From: Candidatus Berkelbacteria bacterium
GTDB lineage: Bacteria; Patescibacteriota; UBA1384; 2-12-FULL-50-11
NCBI GenBank assembly: GCA_016432625.1
Contig: CP066697.1
Location: 392,409 to 456,408, forward strand
Length of the DNA stretch: 64,000 nt
Direction: 5' to 3'
Part shown: in pieces, positions 27,430 to 36,683 of the stretch
How positions within the stretch are numbered: position 1 is the first letter of the stretch
Layout: each line of letters starts with the position of its first letter
The notes under the pieces: model-generated
Seen by the model: only the letters and a program-made list of their open reading frames with translations
Databases searched by the model: none
What the model was told of the DNA's origin: nothing
Made by a program: the position numbers and the translations under genes

Positions 27430-27879
27430 ATGATCGAACGCATTGAAGCAGAACTGCTTGAAGCCATGAAGAGCGGGGATACATCTAAGCGCGAGACATT
27501 GCGCATGCTCAAATCTTCTTTGAAAAACGCCGAGATCGAAAAGGGGACTGAGCTTGGCGACGAAGAGGTTATTTCTGTTATTCAAAAGGAGGTTAAGCGA
27601 CGTAAAGAAGCCTTCCAGTCTTATCAGGACGCCGGCCGGCCAGAACAGGCCAAACTCGAAGAGGAAGAAGCGACGATTCTTGGCGCCTACTTGCCAGAAC
27701 AGATGTCGGAAAGTGATCTTCGAGCCTTGATAAGCGAGTACTTAGCTAAAAACCCTGTTGCCCCCAACGAAATCGGCAAAGCCATGGGAGCTTTGAGCGC
27801 TGAACTTAAGGGCAAGGCTGACATGGGCCTGGTTTCACGATTGGTTCGAGAACTTGTTACCGGTACCGGCACAGCGTAA
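27430..27879 (+). CDS. yqeY: GatB/YqeY-domain protein
   Basis: Conserved rpsU-yqeY pairing. All-helical YqeY-like sequence. Confidence 0.75.
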   Translation: MIERIEAELLEAMKSGDTSKRETLRMLKSSLKNAEIEKGTELGDEEVISVIQKEVKRRKEAFQSYQDAGRPEQAKLEEEEATILGAYLPEQMSESDLRALISEYLAKNPVAPNEIGKAMGALSAELKGKADMGLVSRLVRELVTGTGTA

Positions 27880-27888
27880 GGTAAGCCC

Positions 27889-28254
27889 ATGGGGCAAGCA
27901 GCCGAGTTTACATTTACTAACGAGACCGGCGCTACTATCAACGAGGCAGAAATTCGAAACCATCTTCAGTTAATCTTGCGGCGATTAGATTACCCTGTTA
28001 AATTTAAAGCTGAAGTAGTATTTGTGGGGGACGAGAAAATAACAACGCTTAACGCCAAGTTTCGAGAACAAAATAACGCAACAGACGTTTTGAGTTTTGC
28101 TGATCCGGAAGGCTCAGAATCACTCGGTTCTATTGTGATCAGTCTCGAGACCGCAGATCGCCAGGCCAAAGAAGCCGCCGTACCGCTTGAAACAGAAGTC
28201 AAAACCCTCGCCGGCCATGGGCTGCTACATCTACTGGGTTACGATCATAAATAA
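27889..28254 (+). CDS. ybeY: rRNA maturation endoribonuclease YbeY
   Basis: HGLLHLLGYDH is the zinc motif H3xH5xH. Confidence 0.85.
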   Translation: MGQAAEFTFTNETGATINEAEIRNHLQLILRRLDYPVKFKAEVVFVGDEKITTLNAKFREQNNATDVLSFADPEGSESLGSIVISLETADRQAKEAAVPLETEVKTLAGHGLLHLLGYDHK

Positions 28255-28294
28255 CCATGAAACGAGGGGGAATGCCTGAACAGGTAGGGGAGCG

Positions 28295-29533
28295 ATGACA
28301 CGGGACAACTTAATCGTTGGCGTTGACATTGGCACCTCTAAAATAGCCGTCTGTGTTGGCACGATGAACGAAGGCGTCATGCATATCGTCGGCGTCGCTT
28401 CTGTTAACCATAACGGTCTGCGTAAAGGCGTAGTTACCGATATTGAAGAAACGGTCTCGGCCCTGTCACATGCCTTAGAAGAAGCAGAACGGATGGCTGG
28501 TTCAAGTTTGGCACATGCCTACATCGGCGTCAGCGGTAACCATATCGAAACAATGCCCGCCAAGGGCGTGGTAGCTGTTTCCAAACCTAACGGCGAGATC
28601 GACGCTAGCGATGTGGCGCGAGTTATTGATGCCGCTAAAACTGTTGCCCTGCCGCAAAATCGTGAACTGATTCACGTTTTTCCACATCACTTTGTCGTTG
28701 ATGGCCACGAAGACGTTCGTGACCCGATCGGTATGAACGGCATCAGGCTTGAAGTGGAAGCGCTAATAATCAGTAGCTCCGCCTCTGCTTTACGTAACTT
28801 GATTAAAACTGTTGATCAAGCCGGACTAGAAATTGACGGCGTCATTTTCGCGCCGCTTGCGACCGCCAAAGCCATCACCACTAAATCGCAGCGTGAGACG
28901 GGCGTTGTGGTAATCGATCTTGGCGCTGGCTCAACTAATATGGCTGTTTTTGAGGAGGGCGAGCTGCTCCACGCCGCGAGTCTCCCGATCGGCTCTAAAC
29001 ATATCACTAATGATATTGCGATCGGTTTACGTAAGAATCTGGACGTCGCTGAGGCGATCAAGCTTAAATACGGCTCGTGCATCCCAGAGAATATCCGCGA
29101 GACCGAAACAATCAACCTTTCGGTGCTTGATCCAGCTGAAGATGAGAAAGTTTCTCGCCGTCACGTCGCCGAAATTATCGAGGCACGTATTAGTGAGATT
29201 TTCCAAATGGTTAAAGAAGAGCTGCAAAGAATTGGCAAAGACGGTTTATTGCCAGCCGGCGCTGTATTTACAGGTGCGGGCGCTAGTCTTGAAGACCTCT
29301 GCGAACAGGCTCGAAAACAGCTACGTCTTCCCGCTGAATTAGGGTTTCCGACAGCTCAAATGAGCGGCATGATTGACAAAATTGACAATCCAATCTACGC
29401 TACCAGCGTTGGACTGGTTCTCTGGGGAATGGATGAGGGGCAGGGAGCGACTCCTAGAACATTGCTAGACTTTGGAAAATTAGGAGGGGTGTTAGATAGG
29501 TTCCGAGGAATACTTCGGAACTTTACGAATTGA
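28295..29533 (+). CDS. ftsA: Cell division protein FtsA
   Basis: LIVGVDIGTSKIAV, VIDLGAGSTNMAVF actin-fold motifs. Followed directly by ftsZ. Confidence 0.9.
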   Translation: MTRDNLIVGVDIGTSKIAVCVGTMNEGVMHIVGVASVNHNGLRKGVVTDIEETVSALSHALEEAERMAGSSLAHAYIGVSGNHIETMPAKGVVAVSKPNGEIDASDVARVIDAAKTVALPQNRELIHVFPHHFVVDGHEDVRDPIGMNGIRLEVEALIISSSASALRNLIKTVDQAGLEIDGVIFAPLATAKAITTKSQRETGVVVIDLGAGSTNMAVFEEGELLHAASLPIGSKHITNDIAIGLRKNLDVAEAIKLKYGSCIPENIRETETINLSVLDPAEDEKVSRRHVAEIIEARISEIFQMVKEELQRIGKDGLLPAGAVFTGAGASLEDLCEQARKQLRLPAELGFPTAQMSGMIDKIDNPIYATSVGLVLWGMDEGQGATPRTLLDFGKLGGVLDRFRGILRNFTN

Positions 29534-29566
29534 CCGAAGTACGCTACAAATCTCTTAATTTAACCT

Positions 29567-30850
29567 ATGGATAAAGAAAGCTTAGACACTCTTGCAAATA
29601 TTAAAGTCTGCGGTGTTGGTGGTTCCGGCGGAAATGCAGTCGCCCGAATGATCGCCGCTCGAGTTCGTGGTGTCGAATTTATTGCGATCAATACTGACGC
29701 CCAAGCGCTAATCAATAACCCAGCGCCGACCAAGGTTCAGATCGGCAAAGAAACCACTCGTGGCTTAGGTGCCGGTGCTGATATTGAAATTGGACGCAAG
29801 AGCGCCGAAGAGAATAAAGATGAGATTTACGAGGTCCTAAAAGGGGCCGATATGGTTTTCGTTACTTACGGAGCCGGTGGCGGTACTGGTACGGGCGCAG
29901 CGCCGTTGGTTGCTCAAATCGCTAAAGAATTAGGCGCGTTGACTGTCGGCGTTGTCACCAAACCGTTCAGTTTTGAGGGATTGCGCCGCAAGAAAATGGC
30001 CGAGATCGGCATCGAAGAGTTGCGCGACAAGGTTGATACGCTAATCACTATCCCTAACGACCGCTTGCTGCAGGTCATCGACAAGAAAACCTCGCTCCCT
30101 GACGCCTTTGGAATCGTCGACGATATCCTTCGCCAAGGTGTTCAGGGTATTTCAGATCTTATTATCGTGCCGGGTATTATTAACGTCGACTTTGCTGACG
30201 TTCGTACTATCATGCATGACGCCGGCTCCGCCCTCATGGGTATCGGCCGCGCTTCAGGAGAGAACCGAGCGATTGAGGCTGCGCGCCAAGCCATCGACTC
30301 ACCGCTGCTTGAGCTTTCAATCGACGGCGCTATGGGTATCCTTTATAACATCACCGGCGGCCCTGATATGACGATGTATGAGGTCGAGGAAGCCTCAAAA
30401 GCCATTACTGAAGCCGCTCACCCTGAAGCCAACATTATCTTCGGAGCAATTGTTGACGACGCGATGTCTGGTGAGATCAAGATCACGGTCATCGCCACAG
30501 GTTTTGAATCTGAAATGGCTAAACAGCCGCCTAAACGCCGCACTATTGATGAAGGAATGGGCATGGGCATTAGGCCAGCAGCGCCGACTCAGGGAACTGG
30601 CGGCTTCACATCGGTGCCGTTCTTTGGATCCTCAAACCAACCGACGAACACCCCGAGCTCACCGATGGATTACGAGCCTATGATCGATACCAGGCCGACC
30701 AATCGCCCGGAGCGCGACACTCGCTCACCGTTTGGCAACCGCCAGGAACCTAAAGCCGAACCAGATCGAACAGAAGCGCCGCCTCCAAAAGATAAAGACT
30801 CAGATGACGAGTTCGACGTCCCCGCGTTCATCAGGAGAAAATTACGTTAG
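29567..30850 (+). CDS. ftsZ: Cell division GTPase FtsZ
   Basis: [20 protein letters not shown] tubulin signature, NTDAQAL. Confidence 0.95.
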   Translation: MDKESLDTLANIKVCGVGGSGGNAVARMIAARVRGVEFIAINTDAQALINNPAPTKVQIGKETTRGLGAGADIEIGRKSAEENKDEIYEVLKGADMVFVTYGAGGGTGTGAAPLVAQIAKELGALTVGVVTKPFSFEGLRRKKMAEIGIEELRDKVDTLITIPNDRLLQVIDKKTSLPDAFGIVDDILRQGVQGISDLIIVPGIINVDFADVRTIMHDAGSALMGIGRASGENRAIEAARQAIDSPLLELSIDGAMGILYNITGGPDMTMYEVEEASKAITEAAHPEANIIFGAIVDDAMSGEIKITVIATGFESEMAKQPPKRRTIDEGMGMGIRPAAPTQGTGGFTSVPFFGSSNQPTNTPSSPMDYEPMIDTRPTNRPERDTRSPFGNRQEPKAEPDRTEAPPPKDKDSDDEFDVPAFIRRKLR

Positions 30851-31057
30851 TAATTTCGAGTGATCGAGCGAACGCGAGAATCAGACGCAAACTTCGCTAA
30901 CTCCCGAACTTAAGCCGTACAATATCCGAACAAACGCTAAAATTGAACCATATGTAGCTATTGCCCTTGACAGCCGTACGTTTAGACGTCAAAAGTGGAA
31001 GAGTCGGCACTAAAGATGCCCGCAAGGGGGCGAACAATTTTGTTTTAAAGGGGGAAG

Positions 31058-34000
31058 ATGGCCAAACAGAAAGACAAGTTTCATGATATTGCGCTGAAGC
31101 CAGTGGAGATTTCGGTTGATCTGTCAGACAGAGAGGGTAAGCCAAGCAAAGGCCTCAAACTTAACCGCCACTTTACCAAGAAGGGTAAAGATATATACGC
31201 CGACATTACCTGGGATAAGCGGACTTCCATCATTACTGACGAAAAGGGTAACCTAATCTCCCAGATTAACGACCTCGAGACACCAAGCACCTGGAGTCAA
31301 CTCGCGACCGACATCTTAGCTTATAAGTATTTACGCAAAGCCGGCGTGCCTACTCCCGAGGGCCGCGAAACCAGCGCCAAGCAGGCCGTTTACCGCATAG
31401 CACACAGCTTTGCCGATTTCGGCGAGAAGTTTGGTTATTTCGCTTCCAAAGACGACCGTATGACTTTTGAGGAAGAGTTGAGTTATCTGTTAATCACTCA
31501 GCGAGCCGCCTTTAACTCTCCTGTGTGGTTCAATGTCGGCCTGCATCATCAATACGGCATTCAAGGGCAGGGTGGGGGATTCTATTGGAATTTCGCCGAA
31601 GAGAAAGTGCTCGAAACTGAAACCGCTTATCGCAACCCTCAATGTTCGGCCTGCTTTATCTTGGCCGTTAGAGACTCCTTACCAGACATTTTTGAACTGA
31701 TTAAGACCGAATCGCATATCTTTAAGTATGGTTCCGGCTCCGGTGCCAACTTCGCCCCTTTACGCAGCCGCTTCGAGAAGCTCTCCGGCGGCGGTAAATC
31801 ATCCGGCATGATGAGTTTCCTCAAGGTCTTCGACCGAGCGGCCGACTCTGTTAAGAGTGGCGGTACGACTCGCCGTGCAGCCAAGATGGTTGTTGTCGAT
31901 CTGGATCACCCAGAGATTGAGGACTTCATTAACTGGAAGGTTCGTGAGGAACGCAAAGTCCAAGCAATGATTGAGGCCGGTTATCCATCTGATTTTAACG
32001 GTGAGGCCTACGGCACTGTTTCTGGCCAAAATTCTAATAACTCAGTGCGCGTGACGGATGAGTTTATGAAAGCCGTCGAAAATGATGGTGAGTGGTCAAC
32101 TCGCACTCGCACTAACGGCGACATCTACAAAACCTACAAGGCCCGTGAACTAATGGATATGATCGCTAAAGCCGCTTGGCAGTGCGCCGATCCAGGAATG
32201 CAGTTCGACACTACCGTTAATGAGTGGCATACCTGCCCCAATACTAACCGTATTAACGCCTCAAACCCGTGTAGTGAGTATATGTTCCTCGATGACTCGG
32301 CCTGTAACCTAGCTTCAATTAACGTTGCGAAATTTGTTGATGAAGCTGGTAATTTCGACATTGCCGGTTATCGTCACGCCTGCCGCACGGTCTTTATCGG
32401 TCAAGAAATTGCCGTTGATTTCTCGGCGTACCCAACTAAAGCCATTGCCCAAAATAGTCACGACTACCGCCCGCTAGGACTAGGCTATGCCAACCTCGGC
32501 ACCCTACTGATGCTACGAGGCGTCCCGTACGACTCTGAACAAGGCCGAGCTATCGCTGGGGCCTTAACGGCTATAATGTGCGGCCACGCCTACAAAACTA
32601 GCGCCGAGATCGCCGCCGTCAAAGGGCCGTTCAACGGTTACGCAAAAAATCGTGCCCCAATGTTAAACGTTATGCGTAAACACCGGGCAGCTGCTTACCG
32701 GCTTGACGAAAAAGCTTGTCCAAACGATATCTTAGAAGCCGCCAGGCAAGATTGGGACGAAGCCGTGGCGCTTGGCGAGCAATTCGGCTACCGCAACGCC
32801 CAAGCTACAGTCATCGCGCCGACGGGAACAATCGGCCTACTAATGGACTGCGATACTACCGGCATCGAACCCGACTTCGCCCTAGTTAAATATAAAAAGC
32901 TCGCCGGCGGTGGCGGTATGAAAATTGTTAACAACGCCGTAACTCGCGCTTTGGCAAATCTTGGTTACACGCCCGAGCAACAGAAAGACATCCTGACTTA
33001 CGCTCTCGGCAACGGCACCCTAAACAGCGAGACGCCGATTAATCGTTCGTCCCTGCTCGCTAAAGGATTAACTGAGGACGAAATTGCTGCTGTGGAGCGT
33101 AATTTGCCAGCTGCTTTTGATATCCGACACTCTTTCAACCGCTACGTTGTTGGAGACGCAGCAATGGAGCGCCTTGGCGTTACCAGTGAAGATGAGGCTG
33201 ATCCAGGATTTTCTCTTCTAAATAAACTTGGTTTCAGCGAGATTGAGATCGAGCAAACAAACCAAGTTATCTGTGGCACACAGATGCTTGAAGGTGCGCC
33301 CCATCTTAAAGAAGAGCATTATCAAGTGTTCGACTGCGCCAATAAATGCGGCGCTCACGGTACTCGTTTCTTGAGCCCAATGTCACACGTTAAGATGATG
33401 GCCGCTGTTCAGCCGTTTATTTCCGGTGCCATCTCTAAAACCATCAACATGCCGCATGAAGCCACCGTGGAGGAAGTGAAGGACGTTTACATGCAATCGT
33501 GGAAGCTCGGCGTCAAGGCCATGGCCCTGTACCGCGACGGCTCTAAACTTAGCCAGCCGCTGAACGTTCAAAAGAAAAAAGACGAGGACAAGCCCGAGGC
33601 AGTTGAGACGCCCGCGGCTGGTATCTTTGTGCCACGGCGCCGCCGTTTGCCTGACGAGCGCAAAGCCGTGACACATAAATTCAACGTTGGTGGCCACGAA
33701 GGCTATCTAACGCTCGGATTCTTCGAGGACGGCACCCTGGGCGAGATCTTCATTACCATGTCCAAACAAGGCAGCCTTATCTCCGGGCTGATGGATGCCT
33801 GGGCCGCAACGCTATCCGTGGCGATGCAGTACGGAGTACCAGCCTCAACTTGGGTGCGTAAGTTCATGAACGCCCGGTTTGAGCCGTCTGGCTTCACTAA
33901 GAACCCTCAAATCAGGATTGCGAAGTCGATCATTGATTATGTCGCGCGTTACATTGGCTTGAAATGTTTGACGCCAGAGGAGCAGTACGAACTTGGCCTA

Positions 34001-34285
34001 ATTAACGAAGCGCCTAATCTTGTAAGTGACAGCGCTCCCAGCGTCAACACTACCGCACCCGTAGTGGAACAGGTTACTCAAGAGGAAGCCGCACCAACCA
34101 GCGAGCCCCTAATCTCACCGGTATCAGCTCCGAGTAATCAAGCCGAGCTGCCGATCGTGGATGGGGAAAAATCTAAATCAAGTGACGCACCAATTTGTGC
34201 GAAATGTGGCAGCTTAATGCGGATGAAAACCGGCTCTTGCTACACCTGCACTAACTGCGGCAATACTTCCGGCGGCTGCGGATAG
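31058..34285 (+). CDS. nrdJ: Class II (adenosylcobalamin-dependent) ribonucleotide reductase NrdJ with a C-terminal Zn-ribbon
   Basis: NPCSEYMFLDDSACNLASIN is the class II active-site Cys/Glu region. C-terminal CAKCGSLMRMKTGSCYTCTNCG. Confidence 0.85.
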   Translation: MAKQKDKFHDIALKPVEISVDLSDREGKPSKGLKLNRHFTKKGKDIYADITWDKRTSIITDEKGNLISQINDLETPSTWSQLATDILAYKYLRKAGVPTPEGRETSAKQAVYRIAHSFADFGEKFGYFASKDDRMTFEEELSYLLITQRAAFNSPVWFNVGLHHQYGIQGQGGGFYWNFAEEKVLETETAYRNPQCSACFILAVRDSLPDIFELIKTESHIFKYGSGSGANFAPLRSRFEKLSGGGKSSGMMSFLKVFDRAADSVKSGGTTRRAAKMVVVDLDHPEIEDFINWKVREERKVQAMIEAGYPSDFNGEAYGTVSGQNSNNSVRVTDEFMKAVENDGEWSTRTRTNGDIYKTYKARELMDMIAKAAWQCADPGMQFDTTVNEWHTCPNTNRINASNPCSEYMFLDDSACNLASINVAKFVDEAGNFDIAGYRHACRTVFIGQEIAVDFSAYPTKAIAQNSHDYRPLGLGYANLGTLLMLRGVPYDSEQGRAIAGALTAIMCGHAYKTSAEIAAVKGPFNGYAKNRAPMLNVMRKHRAAAYRLDEKACPNDILEAARQDWDEAVALGEQFGYRNAQATVIAPTGTIGLLMDCDTTGIEPDFALVKYKKLAGGGGMKIVNNAVTRALANLGYTPEQQKDILTYALGNGTLNSETPINRSSLLAKGLTEDEIAAVERNLPAAFDIRHSFNRYVVGDAAMERLGVTSEDEADPGFSLLNKLGFSEIEIEQTNQVICGTQMLEGAPHLKEEHYQVFDCANKCGAHGTRFLSPMSHVKMMAAVQPFISGAISKTINMPHEATVEEVKDVYMQSWKLGVKAMALYRDGSKLSQPLNVQKKKDEDKPEAVETPAAGIFVPRRRRLPDERKAVTHKFNVGGHEGYLTLGFFEDGTLGEIFITMSKQGSLISGLMDAWAATLSVAMQYGVPASTWVRKFMNARFEPSGFTKNPQIRIAKSIIDYVARYIGLKCLTPEEQYELGLINEAPNLVSDSAPSVNTTAPVVEQVTQEEAAPTSEPLISPVSAPSNQAELPIVDGEKSKSSDAPICAKCGSLMRMKTGSCYTCTNCGNTSGGCG

Positions 34286-34323
34286 GGGATACGAAGGAAG
34301 CTCACTGGACCAAACAGTGAGCT

Positions 34324-34986
34324 TCAGATCAGGTTGTAGTTGTCCGGAAACTCTACGGGAGAATTTAGGTCTCCATCCCATTGAATTTGGCTCCGAACAA
34401 CGAGATCTGTGACGAGAGGCTGAAACACCAGCTCTGTTTCATTGACCCGCTTCTGGAGAGTTTCTGCCGTGTCAGTAGGCAGAATCTCAACCGGAATCCG
34501 GCAAATGGCAGGACCTTCGTCGTACCTGGGCGTGACGAAGTGCATCGTCACGGCGGATTTAGTCAGGCGATGAGCCTTGTACGCCTCAATGACAGCCTCA
34601 TGAACGTGGTGCCCATACATTCCCTTACCACCAAATTCAGGAAGTGGCCCAGGATGAATATTGAGCGTTCGACTGGGGGCAAAACCTCCAAAGGGCTTGA
34701 GCCACCCAGAGAGCGCCACCCAATCTGGATCAAAATGGCGCAGAACCGATCCGTAGCCCTCGTCGTCGTAAGGTCCAGCAAAGTGTCGAAACTCAACTCC
34801 GAGCCGGTGCGCTCGCTCGAAGACACCGCCATGAGCGTGATTAGAGACAACGCCGACAATCCCAGCCGACAGCTTCCCTGACCGGGAGGCAACGACCAGA
34901 TTCTCAAAACCGCTGCCGCCAGACACGGCAGTACCACTGGCGAAAACCAACAATTTCACGGAACACCTCCTAAAGCTTAGTAACAA
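34324..34986 (-). CDS. purN: Phosphoribosylglycinamide formyltransferase PurN
   Basis: KLLVFASGTAVSGGSGFENL, HVHEAV, NIHPGPLPEFGG are PurN motifs. The true start may be the internal GTG. Confidence 0.75.
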   Translation of the reverse strand: MLLSFRRCSVKLLVFASGTAVSGGSGFENLVVASRSGKLSAGIVGVVSNHAHGGVFERAHRLGVEFRHFAGPYDDEGYGSVLRHFDPDWVALSGWLKPFGGFAPSRTLNIHPGPLPEFGGKGMYGHHVHEAVIEAYKAHRLTKSAVTMHFVTPRYDEGPAICRIPVEILPTDTAETLQKRVNETELVFQPLVTDLVVRSQIQWDGDLNSPVEFPDNYNLI

Positions 34987-35045
34987 TAACGTTGATAGTT
35001 AGCAACTAGCTTGGTAATAAAAGATACAACTGTTAAAAATAAGTA

Positions 35046-35594
35046 ATGAAGATCTACACGCGAGCAGGCGACGGGGGAGAGACGGGCTTGCCGGGCGGCA
35101 GGCGACTTAAGAAAACCGACGAGGTATTCAAATGCCTCGGAGATTTGGACGAGGCTAACGCAGGTCTGGGTTTGGCCATTAGCCAAATAGACGCCGAAAA
35201 TCTGAAATTTCCCGTCCAACAGCTGTACGAACTTCAGTCTAATTTACTGTCGATTGGCGCCTTGATCGCCTCAGACGACCCATTACGAAGCCCAATATTA
35301 AAGCGTCTAGACAAGTTAACCGACAAGCTAGAATCGCAGATTGACGATTGGGATAAAAGGCTACCGCCGCTGAAGAATTTTATTTTGCCCGGCGGCTCAC
35401 AATCGGGCGCTAGTCTACACTTCTGCCGCACTTTAATTCGCCGCGCTGAGCGTTCGTATCAAGCGTTAACGGACGAAAAAGTAAAGATTATTGTCGTTGG
35501 TCGTTATTTAAACCGCCTTAGTGACTACTTATTCCAAGCGGCTCGCTTCGCCAATCATCTAGCAAATTATCGTGAACAAATCTGGCAGCAATAG
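35046..35594 (+). CDS. PduO-type ATP:cob(I)alamin adenosyltransferase
   Basis: MKIYTRAGDGGETGL...VFKCLGDLDEANA is the PduO N-terminal signature. Confidence 0.8.
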   Translation: MKIYTRAGDGGETGLPGGRRLKKTDEVFKCLGDLDEANAGLGLAISQIDAENLKFPVQQLYELQSNLLSIGALIASDDPLRSPILKRLDKLTDKLESQIDDWDKRLPPLKNFILPGGSQSGASLHFCRTLIRRAERSYQALTDEKVKIIVVGRYLNRLSDYLFQAARFANHLANYREQIWQQ

Positions 35595-35621
35595 CTGTAA
35601 GATTCGCCATTAAAACCCTTG

Positions 35622-35800
35622 ACTCTAATAATCAGGTTTGGTACTATGCCAGCGTAAATTAAAAGGTCTGAAATCTTCCTGTGTCGCTGGAAGTATCGGT
35701 TAAGTTTGCCGAGATAGCCCCCTCCCGTCTCGACAGCTTGCCGGTACTTTTAGCAACACAGCCTAAAAAGACCTCCCTCGCGGAGGTCTTTTTAGTTGGG
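35622..35800 (+). promoter_or_regulatory. Promoter plus structured leader ending in an intrinsic terminator (riboswitch or attenuator candidate) upstream of the ECF-S-like gene
   Basis: cccTTGACTctaataatcaggtttggTACTATgcc, then a ~140-nt leader (GCCAGCG...CGCTGG stem; CGAGA...TCTCG hairpin), then AAAAAGACCTCCctcgcGGAGGTCTTTTTA ~50 nt before the ATG. Confidence 0.35.
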
Positions 35801-35847
35801 GGAAGGATGCTTGTGATTTTTTAGCGAGTCGGTATGCTGGAAACTAC

Positions 35848-36402
35848 ATGTCTGCGACTACTCAACTCGGAAAACCATCGGCGCTAGCGCTTATTGTAAT
35901 ATCAGTTATTGGCCGTCTGATTCCGCACCCAGCCAACTTTACGCCGCTCGGCGCCACAGCACTTTTTGGCGGCTCCAAACTGGAGCGCCCCTGGAATTAT
36001 TTGGCACCACTTTTCGTGCTGTTCGTAACAGACCTAATCATCGGACTGCACGGCACAATGCCCTACGTGTACGGCGCATTCGTCTTAAACGTTTGGTTAG
36101 GCGAGAGGCTTCTTAGTAAACGTCCTAAAATGTTGCGGGTAGCCGGAGTTGGCCTAACGGGAGCGGTGATGTTTTTCATCATCAGCAATTTCGGAGTCTG
36201 GATGGAGGGAGTGCTCTACCCGAAAACTTTGCTCGGCCTTATCGATTGTTATATTGCCGCCCTGCCTTTCTTCACTAACACATTAGCCGGTGATTTAATC
36301 TTTGCAGTTAGCTTCTTTGCCCTGTATCAATTTGCCGAAAATCGCTCGCTGACACAAAAATTTGACAAAACTGTTGTCGAATGGCTAGTTGTAAATAGAT
36401 GA
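35848..36402 (+). CDS. Six-TM membrane protein, ECF-transporter S-component/BtuM-like (substrate unknown)
   Basis: 184 aa with six hydrophobic helices. Downstream of the leader and adjacent to the B12-dependent genes. Confidence 0.4.
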   Translation: MSATTQLGKPSALALIVISVIGRLIPHPANFTPLGATALFGGSKLERPWNYLAPLFVLFVTDLIIGLHGTMPYVYGAFVLNVWLGERLLSKRPKMLRVAGVGLTGAVMFFIISNFGVWMEGVLYPKTLLGLIDCYIAALPFFTNTLAGDLIFAVSFFALYQFAENRSLTQKFDKTVVEWLVVNR

Positions 36403-36683
36403 GTATGGTCAAACTTCTAGATTTTTGGGCAGCTTGGTGTGGTCCGTGTAAGATAATGAACCCGATTATTGAAGAGATCGAGAAAGAGTTTGTTGGCAAG
36501 ATCGTTATCGAAAAAGTTGATGTGGATGCAGCCGAGAATCAACAGAAAGTGCAGGATTACCAAGTCGGGGCAATGCCTACCTACATCATTGAGGCTAACG
36601 GGGAAGTAGTTGAACAATTCATCGGGGCGCAACCAAAATCCACTTTAGTTAAAGCTCTGAATCACGCGCTCGAAAACAACTAG
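36399..36683 (+). CDS. trxA: Thioredoxin (short form)
   Basis: WAAWCGPCK active site. 94 aa and lacks the usual first beta-strand and helix. ATGA overlap with the upstream membrane-protein gene. Confidence 0.8.
   Translation: MSMVKLLDFWAAWCGPCKIMNPIIEEIEKEFVGKIVIEKVDVDAAENQQKVQDYQVGAMPTYIIEANGEVVEQFIGAQPKSTLVKALNHALENN

Noticed and set aside
35640-35700. TPP-riboswitch-like segment ATGCCAGCGTA / ACCCTTGAC
   Set aside because: Only the 3'-half-like string is present. The mandatory GGGGUGCC and CUGAGA elements are missing, and the matching string coincides with the -35/-10 promoter. It is not called a THI element.
35622-35800. Cobalamin riboswitch expected from the B12 gene context
   Set aside because: No B12 box (GCCACUG) or GGGAA/GGUG core could be found. 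It is kept only as an unclassified leader.
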